Positions 1 through 10,400 of a stretch of 33,111 nt of DNA are shown one piece after another; within the stretch, counting starts at the first letter, position 1; each line of letters starts with the position of its first letter. Both the position numbers and the translations under genes were made by a program. Source of the DNA: an uncultured bacterium (GTDB taxonomy: Bacteria > Lernaellota > Lernaellaia > Lernaellales > Lernaellaceae); the NCBI GenBank assembly GCA_964534375.1, contig CAZHPN010000054.1, positions 1 through 33,111 of the forward strand. The letters run 5' to 3'. Below the pieces are notes generated by a model that was not told where the DNA came from, searched no databases, and was given only the letters and a program-made list of their open reading frames with translations.

Positions 1-895
1 GGCCGGCGAGGACGTCGTGCTGCGCATCCTCGACAAGTCGATGGCGCCGATCGATTTGAAGCTGCTGGGCTTCACCAGCCGCGACCTCGACATTTTCCAG
101 ACGCTGATCGGCAACCCGCAGGGCTTGATCCTCAACTCCGGCCCGACGGGCTCCGGCAAGACGACGACCCTGTACGCCAGCCTCAAGCAGATCAACAGCC
201 CGAACATCAAGATTCTCTCCGCCGAGGACCCGATCGAATACGACCTCGACGGCGTCTGCCAAAAGCAGGTCGGCCCGAAGCTCGACTTCGCCGACCTCGC
301 CCGCGCCTTCCTGCGCCACGACCCCGACGTGCTGCTGATTGGCGAAATCCGCGATGCGGAAACGGCGGACGTCGCCTCGAAGGCGTCGCAAACCGGCCAC
401 CTCGTGCTCTCGACCGTGCACACCAACGACGCCGTGTCGGCCGTTTCGCGGCTCGTCGGCCTGGGGCTCGAGCACGACGTGGTCGCGGGGATTCTGCTGG
501 GCGTGCTCAGCCAGCGGCTCGTGCGCCGCATCTGCCGGCACTGCGCCAAGCCGTACGTGCCGGAAGAAAAGGTGCTCAAACTTTTCGGCAAAGCGGTGGA
601 TGGCTTCGACTTCGTGCGCGGCGTCGGCTGCGAGAAGTGCAACAAGACCGGCTATCGCGGCCGCATCGGTTTGTTCGAGTTGTTCGTCATCGACGATGAA
701 ATCCAGAACCTGATTCAACTCGAAAAGTCGTTGCCCGAGATTCAGGCGGCGGCGATCGCCAAGGGCATGATCCCGCTCGTGCGCGACGGCCTGCTCAAGG
801 TCGAGCGGCAAATCACCTCGCTCGAAGAGATCGTGCGCACCGTGCCGTACCGGCAGATTGTCGCGTTCCTGCGCGAGCAGGCGCGGCCCAACTAG
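1..895 (+). CDS. GspE/PulE/PilB-family secretion/pilus assembly ATPase, 5'-truncated by the window edge
   Basis: The frame is open from base 2 (AGEDVVLRILD...). It has Walker A GPTGSGKTTT, Asp box EDPIEY, Walker B DPDVLLIGEIRD, His box TVHTND and a tetracysteine Zn motif CRHC...CEKC. Confidence 0.93.
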   Translation, partial: AGEDVVLRILDKSMAPIDLKLLGFTSRDLDIFQTLIGNPQGLILNSGPTGSGKTTTLYASLKQINSPNIKILSAEDPIEYDLDGVCQKQVGPKLDFADLARAFLRHDPDVLLIGEIRDAETADVASKASQTGHLVLSTVHTNDAVSAVSRLVGLGLEHDVVAGILLGVLSQRLVRRICRHCAKPYVPEEKVLKLFGKAVDGFDFVRGVGCEKCNKTGYRGRIGLFELFVIDDEIQNLIQLEKSLPEIQAAAIAKGMIPLVRDGLLKVERQITSLEEIVRTVPYRQIVAFLREQARPN

Positions 896-896
896 C

Positions 897-2036
897 ATGG
901 GCATTTCCGGCAAGAAGGTCCTCCTCACGACCGCCCACCAGAATATCGGCTCGGGCGGCAGCATCCAGCTTTTTCTGCTGGCGCGCTCGCTCGTCGAAGC
1001 CGGCGCGCACGTCGAGGCGATTTTCAATTACAAGGCAGGCGCCGATCGCGAGCGGGGCAATTTCGCGCTGCTGGAAAGCCTCGGCGTGAAGGTCGATTTC
1101 CTGCGCATCAACCGCTGGTGGCAGCCGCCGCAGATCGCGCGGATGCGGGCGCGGCTGCGCGAAGGGCGCTTCGACATCGTGCACTCGCACAAAGGCAGCG
1201 ACCTGTCGCTGCTGCTGCTGGCGCTGCCGGGCCTGCCGCTGCCGTGCCTCGTCAACACGCGCGGCGTCAATTTTCCGCTGGGCGTCAACCGTTACAAATA
1301 TCGCCTGAAACGGCTGGACCGCATCGTCGTCGTCAGCGAGGACAGCAAACGCGCGATGGTCGAGCGCGGCGCGCCGGCCGCCAAGATTCGCGTCGTCTAC
1401 GGCGGCGTCGACACCCAGCGCTTCCGGCCGCTGCCCGCCGACCGCGCCGCCGCGCGCGCCGAACTCGGCCTGCCGGATGACGCCTTCGCCTGCGTCGTGG
1501 CCGCGAATCTCGTGCGCCAAAAAGGCCACGGCGATTACCTCGCCGCCGCGGCCTCGTTGCGCGCGGCGCGCCCGCATATGTGGCACGTTTTCGCCGGCGC
1601 GGGCGATCAGACGGCGCTGCGCGAAGAAGCCGCGCGCCTCGGCGTCGCCGACCGCGTCATCTTCGCCGGCTTTCGCCGCGACATGGAGCGCGTTTACGCC
1701 GCGGCGGACGCTTCGATCATGCCTAGCTTCGCCGGCGAAGGCGTATCGGGCGTGCTGCGCGAGGCGATGGCCTGCGGCCTGCCGGTGATCACGACCGCCG
1801 TCGGCGGCAATCCGGAACTGGTGAAAGACGGCGCAGCCGGCCTCGTCGTGCCGGTCCGCGACCCGGCGGCGCTGGCCGCGGCGATGGCCCGCTTCGACGA
1901 CGACCGCGATTTCGCCGCGCGCCTGGCCGCCGCCGGCCGCGAGCTGGTGCTGGCCAACTTCTCGGTCGAAACCCGCGCCCGCAATATTTTCGGCGTTTAC
2001 GAAGAGGTCTTTCGCGCGAAGGGAATGGTCTTTTAA
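897..2036 (+). CDS. Glycosyltransferase family 4 (GT-B fold)
   Basis: The ATG at 897 lies 1 nt after the upstream stop. Motifs: N-terminal GG(S) loop, VVYGGVD, QKGH, and a PSFAGEGVSGVLREAMACGLPVI E-x7-E signature. Confidence 0.9.
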   Translation: MGISGKKVLLTTAHQNIGSGGSIQLFLLARSLVEAGAHVEAIFNYKAGADRERGNFALLESLGVKVDFLRINRWWQPPQIARMRARLREGRFDIVHSHKGSDLSLLLLALPGLPLPCLVNTRGVNFPLGVNRYKYRLKRLDRIVVVSEDSKRAMVERGAPAAKIRVVYGGVDTQRFRPLPADRAAARAELGLPDDAFACVVAANLVRQKGHGDYLAAAASLRAARPHMWHVFAGAGDQTALREEAARLGVADRVIFAGFRRDMERVYAAADASIMPSFAGEGVSGVLREAMACGLPVITTAVGGNPELVKDGAAGLVVPVRDPAALAAAMARFDDDRDFAARLAAAGRELVLANFSVETRARNIFGVYEEVFRAKGMVF

Positions 2037-2089
2037 GAATTGCTCATTCTCCAGATGGTGTCTCGGGAGCCCATCTTCGGGAGCGCATT

Positions 2090-4135
2090 GTGCCTTCCTA
2101 TTATCGTGATCGGTTAACGCCGTTTGTTGACGCCGATCGGACGCGCATTATCGGGTCATTGTCGAGCGCCGCCGCACGATCCGGCTTCAACACTCAGTAC
2201 GGGGGGCAAACTAATGCGTGGGAAGAACAGGTCGAGATCCTAAAGTCGGCGGCCCGTGCTTTAAGGCAATCGGAATTTCGCTGCGACGAATGGGAACTCA
2301 TCCTCGAATATGAGTTGCCGCGCCGACAGAAAAGGCCGGACGCAATACTGCTGGCGCATGACATTATTTTTGTTATTGAGTTTAAAATCGGGGCAATTCA
2401 CTACGATGCAGCCGACCAGTGGCAGGTTAAGGAATATGCGCTTGATCTTCGGGATTTTCACGCCGAATCCCGCGGCAAGAAGATCGTTCCGATGTTGTGC
2501 GCCACCGAAGCGCCGACTCTGGAAAATGAGCTTTGTGCGATTGGCAATAGCGCCGATGTCGTTCAACCGGTTCAGTTGCTGAATAAGAAGAGCTTCGAGT
2601 CCGGGCTAGCTTCGCGCTACCGCGCTTTGCACGACGCAAATTCGTCCGCGATAGATGCTGATCTATGGTGTGCGTCGGCGTACAAGCCAACCCCGACAAT
2701 AATTGAAGCAGCCGAACTACTTTACAGCAATCACGATGTGCGCGAAATATCCCATAGCTACGCGGATAATCTCGACGCGACGACGAACATGGTTCTGGAT
2801 GTTGTGAACAATGCGCGGGCGAACAATAAGCACTGCATCTGCTTCGTCACCGGGGTTCCGGGCGCCGGCAAGACGTTGACCGGGCTGAATGTGGTGCACG
2901 ATCGGCGTATGTTGTCCGAAAGTGGTCGAACGAGTGTTTTCCTTTCTGGCAACGGACCGTTGGTCCGAATCGTTCGCGAGGCCCTCGCTCGAAGCGAGAC
3001 CCGAAAAGGAAAGCCAAAAGGTGAAAGTGATCGCGAGGTCAAGACGTTCATTGGAAACGTGCACGAATTCCTTCGCACGCACAGAAGCGATTCCGAGAAA
3101 AAAGCGCCGAATGAGCACGTCGTCGTATTCGACGAAGCGCAACGCGCCTGGAACAGTGTGCAGATGTTCCGAAAATTCAAAGTGGATCGGTCGGAGCCCT
3201 CGCTTCTGATCGAGATTATGGAACGTTGGACCGACTGGGCGGTGATCGTGGCGCTAGTGGGGGGCGGTCAGGAAATATTTCTCGGTGAGGCGGGATTGGA
3301 AGAATGGGGCCTTGCACTGCGCGATGCAACCAAGCCTTGGGAAGTGGTGGCGTCGCCGGAGGTCAAGGCCGGCGGAGCGAGCGTTGCTGGCCACCGTTTG
3401 TTCACGGAAGAAAAACCTGACCGGATAGCCCTGCGAGAGCGTGGCGAAGCGCATTTGAGCGTCAGCGTCCGAAGTCCCCGCGCCCGATTCATCGCGGAAT
3501 GGGTGAACAGCATATTGGAACCTGACTACAAAACGGCGGCGGCCAAGCTCAAAGACGTCGCCGAGTTTCCAATTGTCGTGACACGAGACATTAACATTGC
3601 GCGCAGGTGGCTCATTTGGCATGGCCGATATGACGAACACCGCCGATGCGGCCTCGTCGCGAGTTCGGGCGCGCTTCGTTTACGTGCTTACGGAATAGAA
3701 GTCTCCAAAGCGTTCCGAACCGGCGTCATGTATGAGAAGTGGTTCCTGGCGCCATGCACGGATGTGCGTTCAAGCTATTCGCTGGAGGTCGCCGCAACGG
3801 AATTTGAATGCCAAGGTCTGGAGTTGGATTGGGTCGGCGTGTGTTGGGGTGATGACCTTGTCTTGAACGAAGACAACAGGTGGCGTTTCAGCGATTTTCG
3901 AGGCAGCCGTTGGCTGACTTGCCAGGATGAGATTCGGCGAGGCTACATCAAGAACCGATATCGGGTTCTTCTTACACGCGCCCGTTTGGGGATGGTGATC
4001 TGGATTCCACCGGGATCTGTGGAGGATCCGACGAGAAAACCGGGACCGATGGACCGGGTTTACCGCCATTTTTTGGCAGCAGGAGTTCCAGACTTGGCCG
4101 AGCAGAAATCGAACGATGGGAATAGAACTCCATGA
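2090..4135 (+). CDS. DUF2075 / Schlafen group-3-like SF1 helicase with an N-terminal PD-(D/E)XK-like nuclease domain
   Basis: 681 aa ORF. N-terminal RPDAILL...VIEFKIG (D...ExK). Walker A GVPGAGKT, Walker B VFDEAQR, ECQGLELDWVGV and YRVLLTRAR. Visibly lower GC and different codon usage from its neighbours. Confidence 0.85.
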   Translation: MPSYYRDRLTPFVDADRTRIIGSLSSAAARSGFNTQYGGQTNAWEEQVEILKSAARALRQSEFRCDEWELILEYELPRRQKRPDAILLAHDIIFVIEFKIGAIHYDAADQWQVKEYALDLRDFHAESRGKKIVPMLCATEAPTLENELCAIGNSADVVQPVQLLNKKSFESGLASRYRALHDANSSAIDADLWCASAYKPTPTIIEAAELLYSNHDVREISHSYADNLDATTNMVLDVVNNARANNKHCICFVTGVPGAGKTLTGLNVVHDRRMLSESGRTSVFLSGNGPLVRIVREALARSETRKGKPKGESDREVKTFIGNVHEFLRTHRSDSEKKAPNEHVVVFDEAQRAWNSVQMFRKFKVDRSEPSLLIEIMERWTDWAVIVALVGGGQEIFLGEAGLEEWGLALRDATKPWEVVASPEVKAGGASVAGHRLFTEEKPDRIALRERGEAHLSVSVRSPRARFIAEWVNSILEPDYKTAAAKLKDVAEFPIVVTRDINIARRWLIWHGRYDEHRRCGLVASSGALRLRAYGIEVSKAFRTGVMYEKWFLAPCTDVRSSYSLEVAATEFECQGLELDWVGVCWGDDLVLNEDNRWRFSDFRGSRWLTCQDEIRRGYIKNRYRVLLTRARLGMVIWIPPGSVEDPTRKPGPMDRVYRHFLAAGVPDLAEQKSNDGNRTP

Positions 4136-7100
4136 ATCGATTTCAACTCGCCTTCCAAGGCTCGCCCGCCGAGTGCGTTGACGCCTTCGTCGCCGCAGCG
4201 CAGGCGTTTCGCGCGCGCGACCCGCTGACGCCGATTGCGGCGCTGGTCGGCTCGCACTGGCTGCGCCGCGAGCTGCGCGACCGGTTGCACGTGCGGCGCG
4301 GCGGCTTTTGGGGCCTGCGCGCGTTGACCTTCCGCGACCTCACCGATCGCCTGGGCGCCCCGGCGCTGCTGCGCGCCGGCCGGCGCCCGGTTTCGCCGAT
4401 TTATCAGCGGGCGCTGGCGACGCGGCTGCTGCGCGAACGTCCGGGCTATTTCGCGCCGGTTCAGGATTACGACGGTGCGGCCGCGACCTTCGGCGCGATG
4501 TTCGACGATCTCGAAGACGCCGGCTGGCCCGAGTGGCCGGCGTCCGCGCCGCGCGACGGCAAACTGGCCGACGTCGCAGCGCTTTACAACGCGTACCGCG
4601 CGGCGCTTACGGCGCATTTCTTCACGCCGCAGGATGCGTTGGCGGCCACGGCGAACGCGGCGGCGGATTTCCCGGCGGCCTTTGGCGCGAACCGGCTGCA
4701 CGTGGTCGGAATCTACGACGTCAACCCGTTGCAATGGCGCCTGCTCGAAAATCTCGCGAGACATATTGAGATCGAGTTTTTTGCGCCGCAGCCGATCGAA
4801 CCGACACCGCTGACGAAGAAGTTGGGAATCCAGACCCCGAGCGATTGCGGATTGCGGATTGCGGATTGCGGATTGCCGGACACCCAATCCCCAGTCCCTA
4901 GTCCCCAGTCCCGAGTCCCGACTCCCAAATCCCGAATCCCGAATCCCGAGTCCCGCCTCCCGCCTCCCGCCTTCTGGTCCTGCCCCTCGGAGAGCGCCGA
5001 GGCGCAGGCGATCGTCCGGCAGACGCTGGCGCTGCGCCGCGAGGGCGTCGCCTTTCACGAGATGGCCGTGCTGCTGCGGCATCCGGAAACCTACGCCGAC
5101 CTGATCGCCGAGACCTGCGAGCGGGCCGGCGTGCCGTGCCGCGTGGCCGACGGCCGCACGCCGCACGAAGCGCGGTCGTTGCGGGCGCTGTTGCAGGCGA
5201 TCGCGCTGATCGGCGCGCCGCTCGGCCGCGGCGAGGTCATGGCGTTCCTGACCGCGGTGCAGCCGCCGGGCGATGCGACGGCGCCGGCCGGGCCCGCCGG
5301 CCGGGCGTTGTGGGAACGGGTCAGCCGTGCGGCGATGGTCAAGAAAGGCGACGACTGGGACCGTCGCCTGGCCGATTTTGCCGACGACGAAGACCCGCCC
5401 GACAACGAGCGCGAAGCCGCGCGAAGCCTGCGCGAGGCCGCGGCCGAGTTGCGGCGCCACTTGGCGGCGATCGAGGGCGCGGCAAATTACGGCGACGCCG
5501 CCGCGGCGCTGGCCGCGCTGGCGCGGCGCTTCATCGACGCCGACGAGCAGCGCGACGAGGCGCTGGAACGGCTGGCCGAATTGCCCGCGATCGACGAGGC
5601 CGGCCTCGCCTTCGACGCGGCGTTTTTCCGCGCCCGCGCGGCCGAGATCGTGCTCGCGGTGAAGGAAGACGGCGAAGCCAGCGGCGGCCTGACGATCATC
5701 GACTGGGCGAAGGCGCGCGGGCTGCGGTTCCGTGTCGTGTTCCTGCCGGGTTGCGTCGAGGGAATGATCCCGCAGCCGCCGCGGCAGGACCCGGTGCTGC
5801 TCAACGCCGAACGCCTCGCCGTCGCGCACGCCGCCGGCCGGCCGGGCGCGCTGCCGACCAGCGACGAGCAGGCGAAAGAAGAGTTGCGCCTCTTCGACTT
5901 CATGTGCGGCGCCGCGGCCGAACGGCTGTTCCTGAGTTTTCCGCGCACCGATCCGGCCAGCGGCCGGCCGCGGCTGCCAAGCCATTTGCTGCTCGCGCTC
6001 GCCGGGCGCGCGGCCGGGCGCACACTGACTTACGACGAGCTGTTGCGCGAATCGCCGCTGGTGGAGGTCTTCCCGGCCGGGCGCTTCGCGCCCGCCTCGT
6101 TCGCCGCGGCGCTCGACGACGACGAGCGCGATTTGTGCGCGATGGCCGACCTGGCGCGCCACGACGAACTCGCGCCGATTCATTATCTGCTCGCCGTGCG
6201 GCCCGCCGAGTTCGGGCGCGTCTGGCGGCGTCAGCAAAATCGCTGGGCGCAGGATCGCGTCACCGTCCACGACGGCCTGTGCGAGTCGCCCGCGGCGACG
6301 GCGGCGATCGCGCGGTACGCGGATGGGAAACGCTATTGGTCGGTCACGGAAATCGAGGATTTTGGCCGCTGCCCGCGCCGCTATCTGTTCGGGCGCGTGC
6401 TGAAGCTGGAAAGCCCGGTCGACCCGGAGGAGGTCGTCGCGTTGCCGCCCGATGCGCGCGGCAATGTGATTCACGATGCGCTCGCGAGCCTCGCCGACCG
6501 CCCGAACCCGGACGTCCGCGCAGAGGTGGAACGCCTCTATCGGCTGGCCGCGAAGGCGAACCTGACTGGTGGCGGCCTGCTCGACGAAATCGAATGCGCG
6601 CGCCTTACGGCGTGGACCACGACAATGCTCGCGTTCGTCAATGAGCAAAGCGTCGGCCGCCGGCAACTCGCGACGGAGTATCCGGTGAGCGGCGACATCG
6701 AGGTCGAAGGCGGGCGGCGCGTGCCGCTGAAAGGCCGGCTCGACCGCGTCGACCGCGCCGCCGACGGCGGCACGCGGATCGTCGATTACAAAACGGGCAA
6801 AGCCAAAAGCAGCTTCCAACACCGTTTCTTGCAAAACGACAGTTTCAACGCCGGCGCCACGCTGCAACTGCCGCTGTATCTGCTGCTGGCGTCGGCGAAA
6901 ACGGCCGGCGCGCGCGGCGCGCCGCAAGAGGCGGCGTACTGGTATTTGAAAAACGCGAAGGGCGACATCGACCCGAAGGCGGTCGTCTTCGGCCCGGATT
7001 TTTTGCCGCAGCACGAGGGCGAATTGCGGCTGGCGTTGGCGCAGATGATCGACGACCTGCGGCGCGGCTGCTTTGCGCCGCGGCCGGACCTCGCGGCGAC

Positions 7101-7233
7101 GGTCGGCAACGACTATTGCGCAAACTGCGAGTTCGTCGTCGCCTGCGATCCGCGCGGCCGGGCGCGCCTCGCGGCCAAGGCGCAAAACACGAAACTCTGC
7201 CGCTGGCTCGATGTGCTGGGATTTTTTGCATGA
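4132..7233 (+). CDS. addB: AddB/RexB-like subunit (inactive helicase-like body plus C-terminal Fe-S PD-(D/E)XK nuclease)
   Basis: Motifs: MAVLLRH, ARGLRFRVVFLPGCVEGMIP, RLFLSFPR, CPRRYLF and C-terminal CANCEFVVAC (4-Cys Fe-S staple), plus nuclease GRLDRVD...IVDYKTG. It lies directly upstream of an AddA-like gene. Confidence 0.82.
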   Translation: MNRFQLAFQGSPAECVDAFVAAAQAFRARDPLTPIAALVGSHWLRRELRDRLHVRRGGFWGLRALTFRDLTDRLGAPALLRAGRRPVSPIYQRALATRLLRERPGYFAPVQDYDGAAATFGAMFDDLEDAGWPEWPASAPRDGKLADVAALYNAYRAALTAHFFTPQDALAATANAAADFPAAFGANRLHVVGIYDVNPLQWRLLENLARHIEIEFFAPQPIEPTPLTKKLGIQTPSDCGLRIADCGLPDTQSPVPSPQSRVPTPKSRIPNPESRLPPPAFWSCPSESAEAQAIVRQTLALRREGVAFHEMAVLLRHPETYADLIAETCERAGVPCRVADGRTPHEARSLRALLQAIALIGAPLGRGEVMAFLTAVQPPGDATAPAGPAGRALWERVSRAAMVKKGDDWDRRLADFADDEDPPDNEREAARSLREAAAELRRHLAAIEGAANYGDAAAALAALARRFIDADEQRDEALERLAELPAIDEAGLAFDAAFFRARAAEIVLAVKEDGEASGGLTIIDWAKARGLRFRVVFLPGCVEGMIPQPPRQDPVLLNAERLAVAHAAGRPGALPTSDEQAKEELRLFDFMCGAAAERLFLSFPRTDPASGRPRLPSHLLLALAGRAAGRTLTYDELLRESPLVEVFPAGRFAPASFAAALDDDERDLCAMADLARHDELAPIHYLLAVRPAEFGRVWRRQQNRWAQDRVTVHDGLCESPAATAAIARYADGKRYWSVTEIEDFGRCPRRYLFGRVLKLESPVDPEEVVALPPDARGNVIHDALASLADRPNPDVRAEVERLYRLAAKANLTGGGLLDEIECARLTAWTTTMLAFVNEQSVGRRQLATEYPVSGDIEVEGGRRVPLKGRLDRVDRAADGGTRIVDYKTGKAKSSFQHRFLQNDSFNAGATLQLPLYLLLASAKTAGARGAPQEAAYWYLKNAKGDIDPKAVVFGPDFLPQHEGELRLALAQMIDDLRRGCFAPRPDLAATVGNDYCANCEFVVACDPRGRARLAAKAQNTKLCRWLDVLGFFA
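4843..4973. repeat. Two heptamer tandem arrays inside addB: (GATTGCG)x4 plus GATTGCC, then ~13 degenerate CC(C/G)A(A/G)TC-type units
   Basis: Read directly: the gattgcg units span 4843-4877. Then cccaatc cccagtc cctagtc cccagtc ccgagtc ccgactc ccaaatc ccgaatc ccgaatc ccgagtc ccgcctc ccgcctc ccgcctt spans 4883-4973. Confidence 0.95.
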
Positions 7234-7243
7234 TGCGGGCTTA

Positions 7244-7408
7244 TTTGACAGGATGTGCAGGATGAACAATTTGGACAGGATCAACAGGATCAACAGGATC
7301 GAACGGATCGGCGGGCAATCGCCTCATGGGGCCCATTCCGGCCCGGCGGCAAATCGCCAACATCCTGTCTATCCAGTTGATCCAACTGATCCTGTTGATC
7401 CTGTCAAA
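7244..7408. repeat. Fold-back element of 9-nt units (RACAGGATS-like x7 / inverse x5) between addB and addA
   Basis: Left arm 7247-7309: gacaggatg tgcaggatg aacaatttg gacaggatc aacaggatc aacaggatc gaacggatc. Right arm 7361-7405: catcctgtc tatccagtt gatccaact gatcctgtt gatcctgtc. The termini tttgacaggat / atcctgtcaaa are perfect inverted repeats. Confidence 0.93.
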
Positions 7409-7457
7409 AAAAATCCTCTCATAGAAACATATCATTATCTCTCAAGCGAGTTCGCCG

Positions 7458-10400
7458 ATGCCGACGCTTAGACCGCCCGCCGACCAGGCCGCCCGCGATC
7501 GCGCCGTCCACGGCCGCGGCGAAAACCTCTGGATCGAGGCCGGCGCCGGCACGGGCAAAACAACGTTGCTGGTCGAGCGAATCCTGGCGCTGCTGACCGA
7601 CGAGGCGGCGCCGCTGCGGCTCTCGCGCCTCGCCGCGATCACCTTCACCGAGAAAGCCGCCGGCGAACTCAAGGTCAAAATCCGGCAGGAGATCGAACAG
7701 CGGCTCCACGCCGGGCCGGACGCGCCAATCCGGCAGCGGCTCGTGACGGCGCTCGAGGAACTGGAAACGGCGGCCATCGGCACGCTGCACGCCTTCGCGC
7801 GGCAGTTGCTGCTCGAATTGCCCGTCGAGGCCGGCGTCGATCCGCACGGCGCGGTCATGGACGAAAAGGAGTTCGGCGAGTTCCTGGAGCGGACCTACGA
7901 CGAATGGTTCGACGCGCAAATCCGCGCGACGCCGCCCGCGGCGGCGCTGCGGTGGTATCTCGGCGAGCGCGAATTCTACGAACGACGCGGCGATTGGGAT
8001 TGGCTGTGGAAAATCGCCCGGCACGTCTGCCTGAATCACGACGTCCTGCTCGACGCGCCGCCGCCCGAGGCGTTCTCGCTGGCCGAGGCCGTCGCCGACT
8101 TGCGCGCCGCCGCGGACGCGGCGCTGGCGCATGCCCACGCAAATTGCACCGACGCCGCGGACAAGGCGTTTCAAGAGACCGCCGCCTACGCCGCCGCGGC
8201 GGAGGCGTTGCCCGCCGCGGCGCAGCGCGACGAGTGCCTGGCCGCGATCGCCGCTTTGCCGAAGTTCAATTTGCGCGTCGGCGCCGCCGGCAAATGGGTC
8301 CTCGGCGAAAAGGACGCCAACAAGGAACGCCGCAAAACGTTGCGCGAAATGGAAGCGCGCCTCGCCGACGTCGCGCAGGACCCCGAGGTGCGGGCGCTGT
8401 TCGAGTTGGCGCGCGAGTTCGCCCGCCATTTCGAGCAGGAAAAACGCCGGCGCGGCGCGCTCGGCTTTCAGGATTTGCTGGTCCGTGCGGCGGAGATGTT
8501 GCGCGGCAACAAAACGGCCCGCGCGTACTTTCAGCGGCGATTCGACGCGCTGCTGATCGACGAATTTCAGGATACCGATCCGCTGCAGGTGCAAATTGCG
8601 TTCTTCCTTGGCGAAGACGGGCCGATCGCGGCGCGCCACGACGAAGTCAAACTTCGCCCCGGCAGCCTCGTGGTGGTCGGCGACCCGAAGCAGTCGATTT
8701 ACCGCTTCCGGCGGGCGGACATCGAAATCTATGAGAAAACCAAACGGCTGTTGCTCGGCGCCGCCGGGCCGACGTTCATCACCGCGAATTTCCGCAGTGC
8801 GCCCGCCATTCTGCAAACGGTGAACGCGGTGTTCGCGCCGCTGATGCGGTATGACGCCGCGCTGCCCGTCAGCCCGAGTTACGTCGAACTGCACGCCGGC
8901 CGCGACGCCTGGCCCGAAGCCGCGGGCGCGATCTTGCTGACGCCCAACCGGCCGTTCGACAGCGCGGCGGCGGCCCGCGACGCCGAGTACGCGGCCGTGG
9001 CGCGGTGGATTCGCCACGCGCACGATACGGGCCTGCCGGTGTGGGACAAAGATCGGCAAACGACGCGGGCGATGCAGTGGCGCGACGTGGCGATTCTCGA
9101 CCGGCGGACCGCGACCTTCGCCGGCCTGGAGCAGGCGTTGCGCGACGCCGCGGCGCCGCACCGCATCGAGGGCGGCAAGGTCTATTTTCAGCGGGAAGAA
9201 ATCGCGGCGGCGGTGAACGGTCTGCTGGCGCTGGAAAATCCGGATGACAGCGCGGCGCTCGGGCAGTGGCTGGCGAGCGAATTGGTCGGCTTCTCCGATG
9301 ACGACCTGCTGGCGCACGTGCTCGATCGGCCGGAGGCGCGGCTCACTTACGCCGGCGACGCTTCGGCCGACGATATCGGGCGCGTGTTGGTCGCGATGCG
9401 GACGCTGCACGAGAACCGCAACCGCGATGGCTGCCTCGCGACCGTGCGCGGCCTGTTCGACCTCGTGGGCGCGCTGCCGACGTCGTTCACGTTTCCGCGC
9501 CGCGAGGTCGCCGCCGCCAATCTGCACAAGCTGCTGGAAGCGGCGCGCGCCGCCGATCAGGCGCGGCAGACGTTCGGCGAGTTCGCCCGCGCCTGGGCGA
9601 CGATGTATCGCGAGCAGCGCGAGGAGGCGGATTTCGCGATCACCGAAGACGCCGACGACGTGGCGCGGGTGATGACGATCCATCGCGCCAAGGGGCTCGA
9701 TTGGCCGATCGTCGTCGTGATCGACCTCGCCGCCGAGTTCAAGTCGCCGGGCGGTCCGCCGCCCGTGCTGCTGCGCCGCGCCGAAAACCGACTGGCGGTG
9801 TACCTGGGCCAGGCGGCGCAAACGCAGGGCTATGCCGAACTGAAAGCGCAGGAAGACCAATTCGAGAAGGCGGAACGCGTCCGGCAATTGTACGTGGCGA
9901 CGACGCGCGCCCGCGATTATCTGGTCCTGCCGCTCTTCGGCCGGAACCAGGCGAACGCGAACGGCGAGCTGCCGCAGCCGAAAGGCTATCTCGAATTCCT
10001 GGCGGAGGCCCGCCTGATCGACGCCAGCTTGCAGGTCGTCGACGCGATGGGCGCCCGCTTCGAGGAAATTGACGTCGACGCGCTGGCGAGCGCCGGCGCG
10101 CCGCGTTGGGAACTGCCGCGCGAGTTCGACAAGCGTGCGCTGTCCGCCACTGCGCGCCAGTCCGTCGCGGATTACGCGGCGCGACGCGCCGCCGGTTCGC
10201 CGCCGTTTCCGCCGGCGCCGGCCGCGTTGGAATTCCGCAGCCCGAGCGCGCACGACGAGCCGCCGCCGCCGGCCGAGCACTCGGCGGGCCCGAAAATGGG
10301 CGAGGCGTTCCATGCGCTGATGGAGCGGCTGGACCTCGCCGATCGTGCGACGTGGGACCGGTCGATCGCCGAAACCGCCACGCAATATCAGCTTTCGCCG

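Noticed and set aside
2037..2089. Possible att site or IS end flanking the low-GC gene
   Set aside because: There is only a small agatgg/ccatct hairpin. I found no matching direct repeat at the other end, and no integrase or transposase in the window.
6330..7233. Cas4-like Fe-S nuclease suggesting a CRISPR locus
   Set aside because: It is the normal AddB C-terminal nuclease. There are no cas genes and no repeat-spacer array in the window.
7244..7408. Possible CRISPR array or small ORFs (7073-7471, 7241-7435)
   Set aside because: The units are 9 nt, contiguous and inverted, with no unique spacers. The ORFs are by-products of the 9-nt periodicity.
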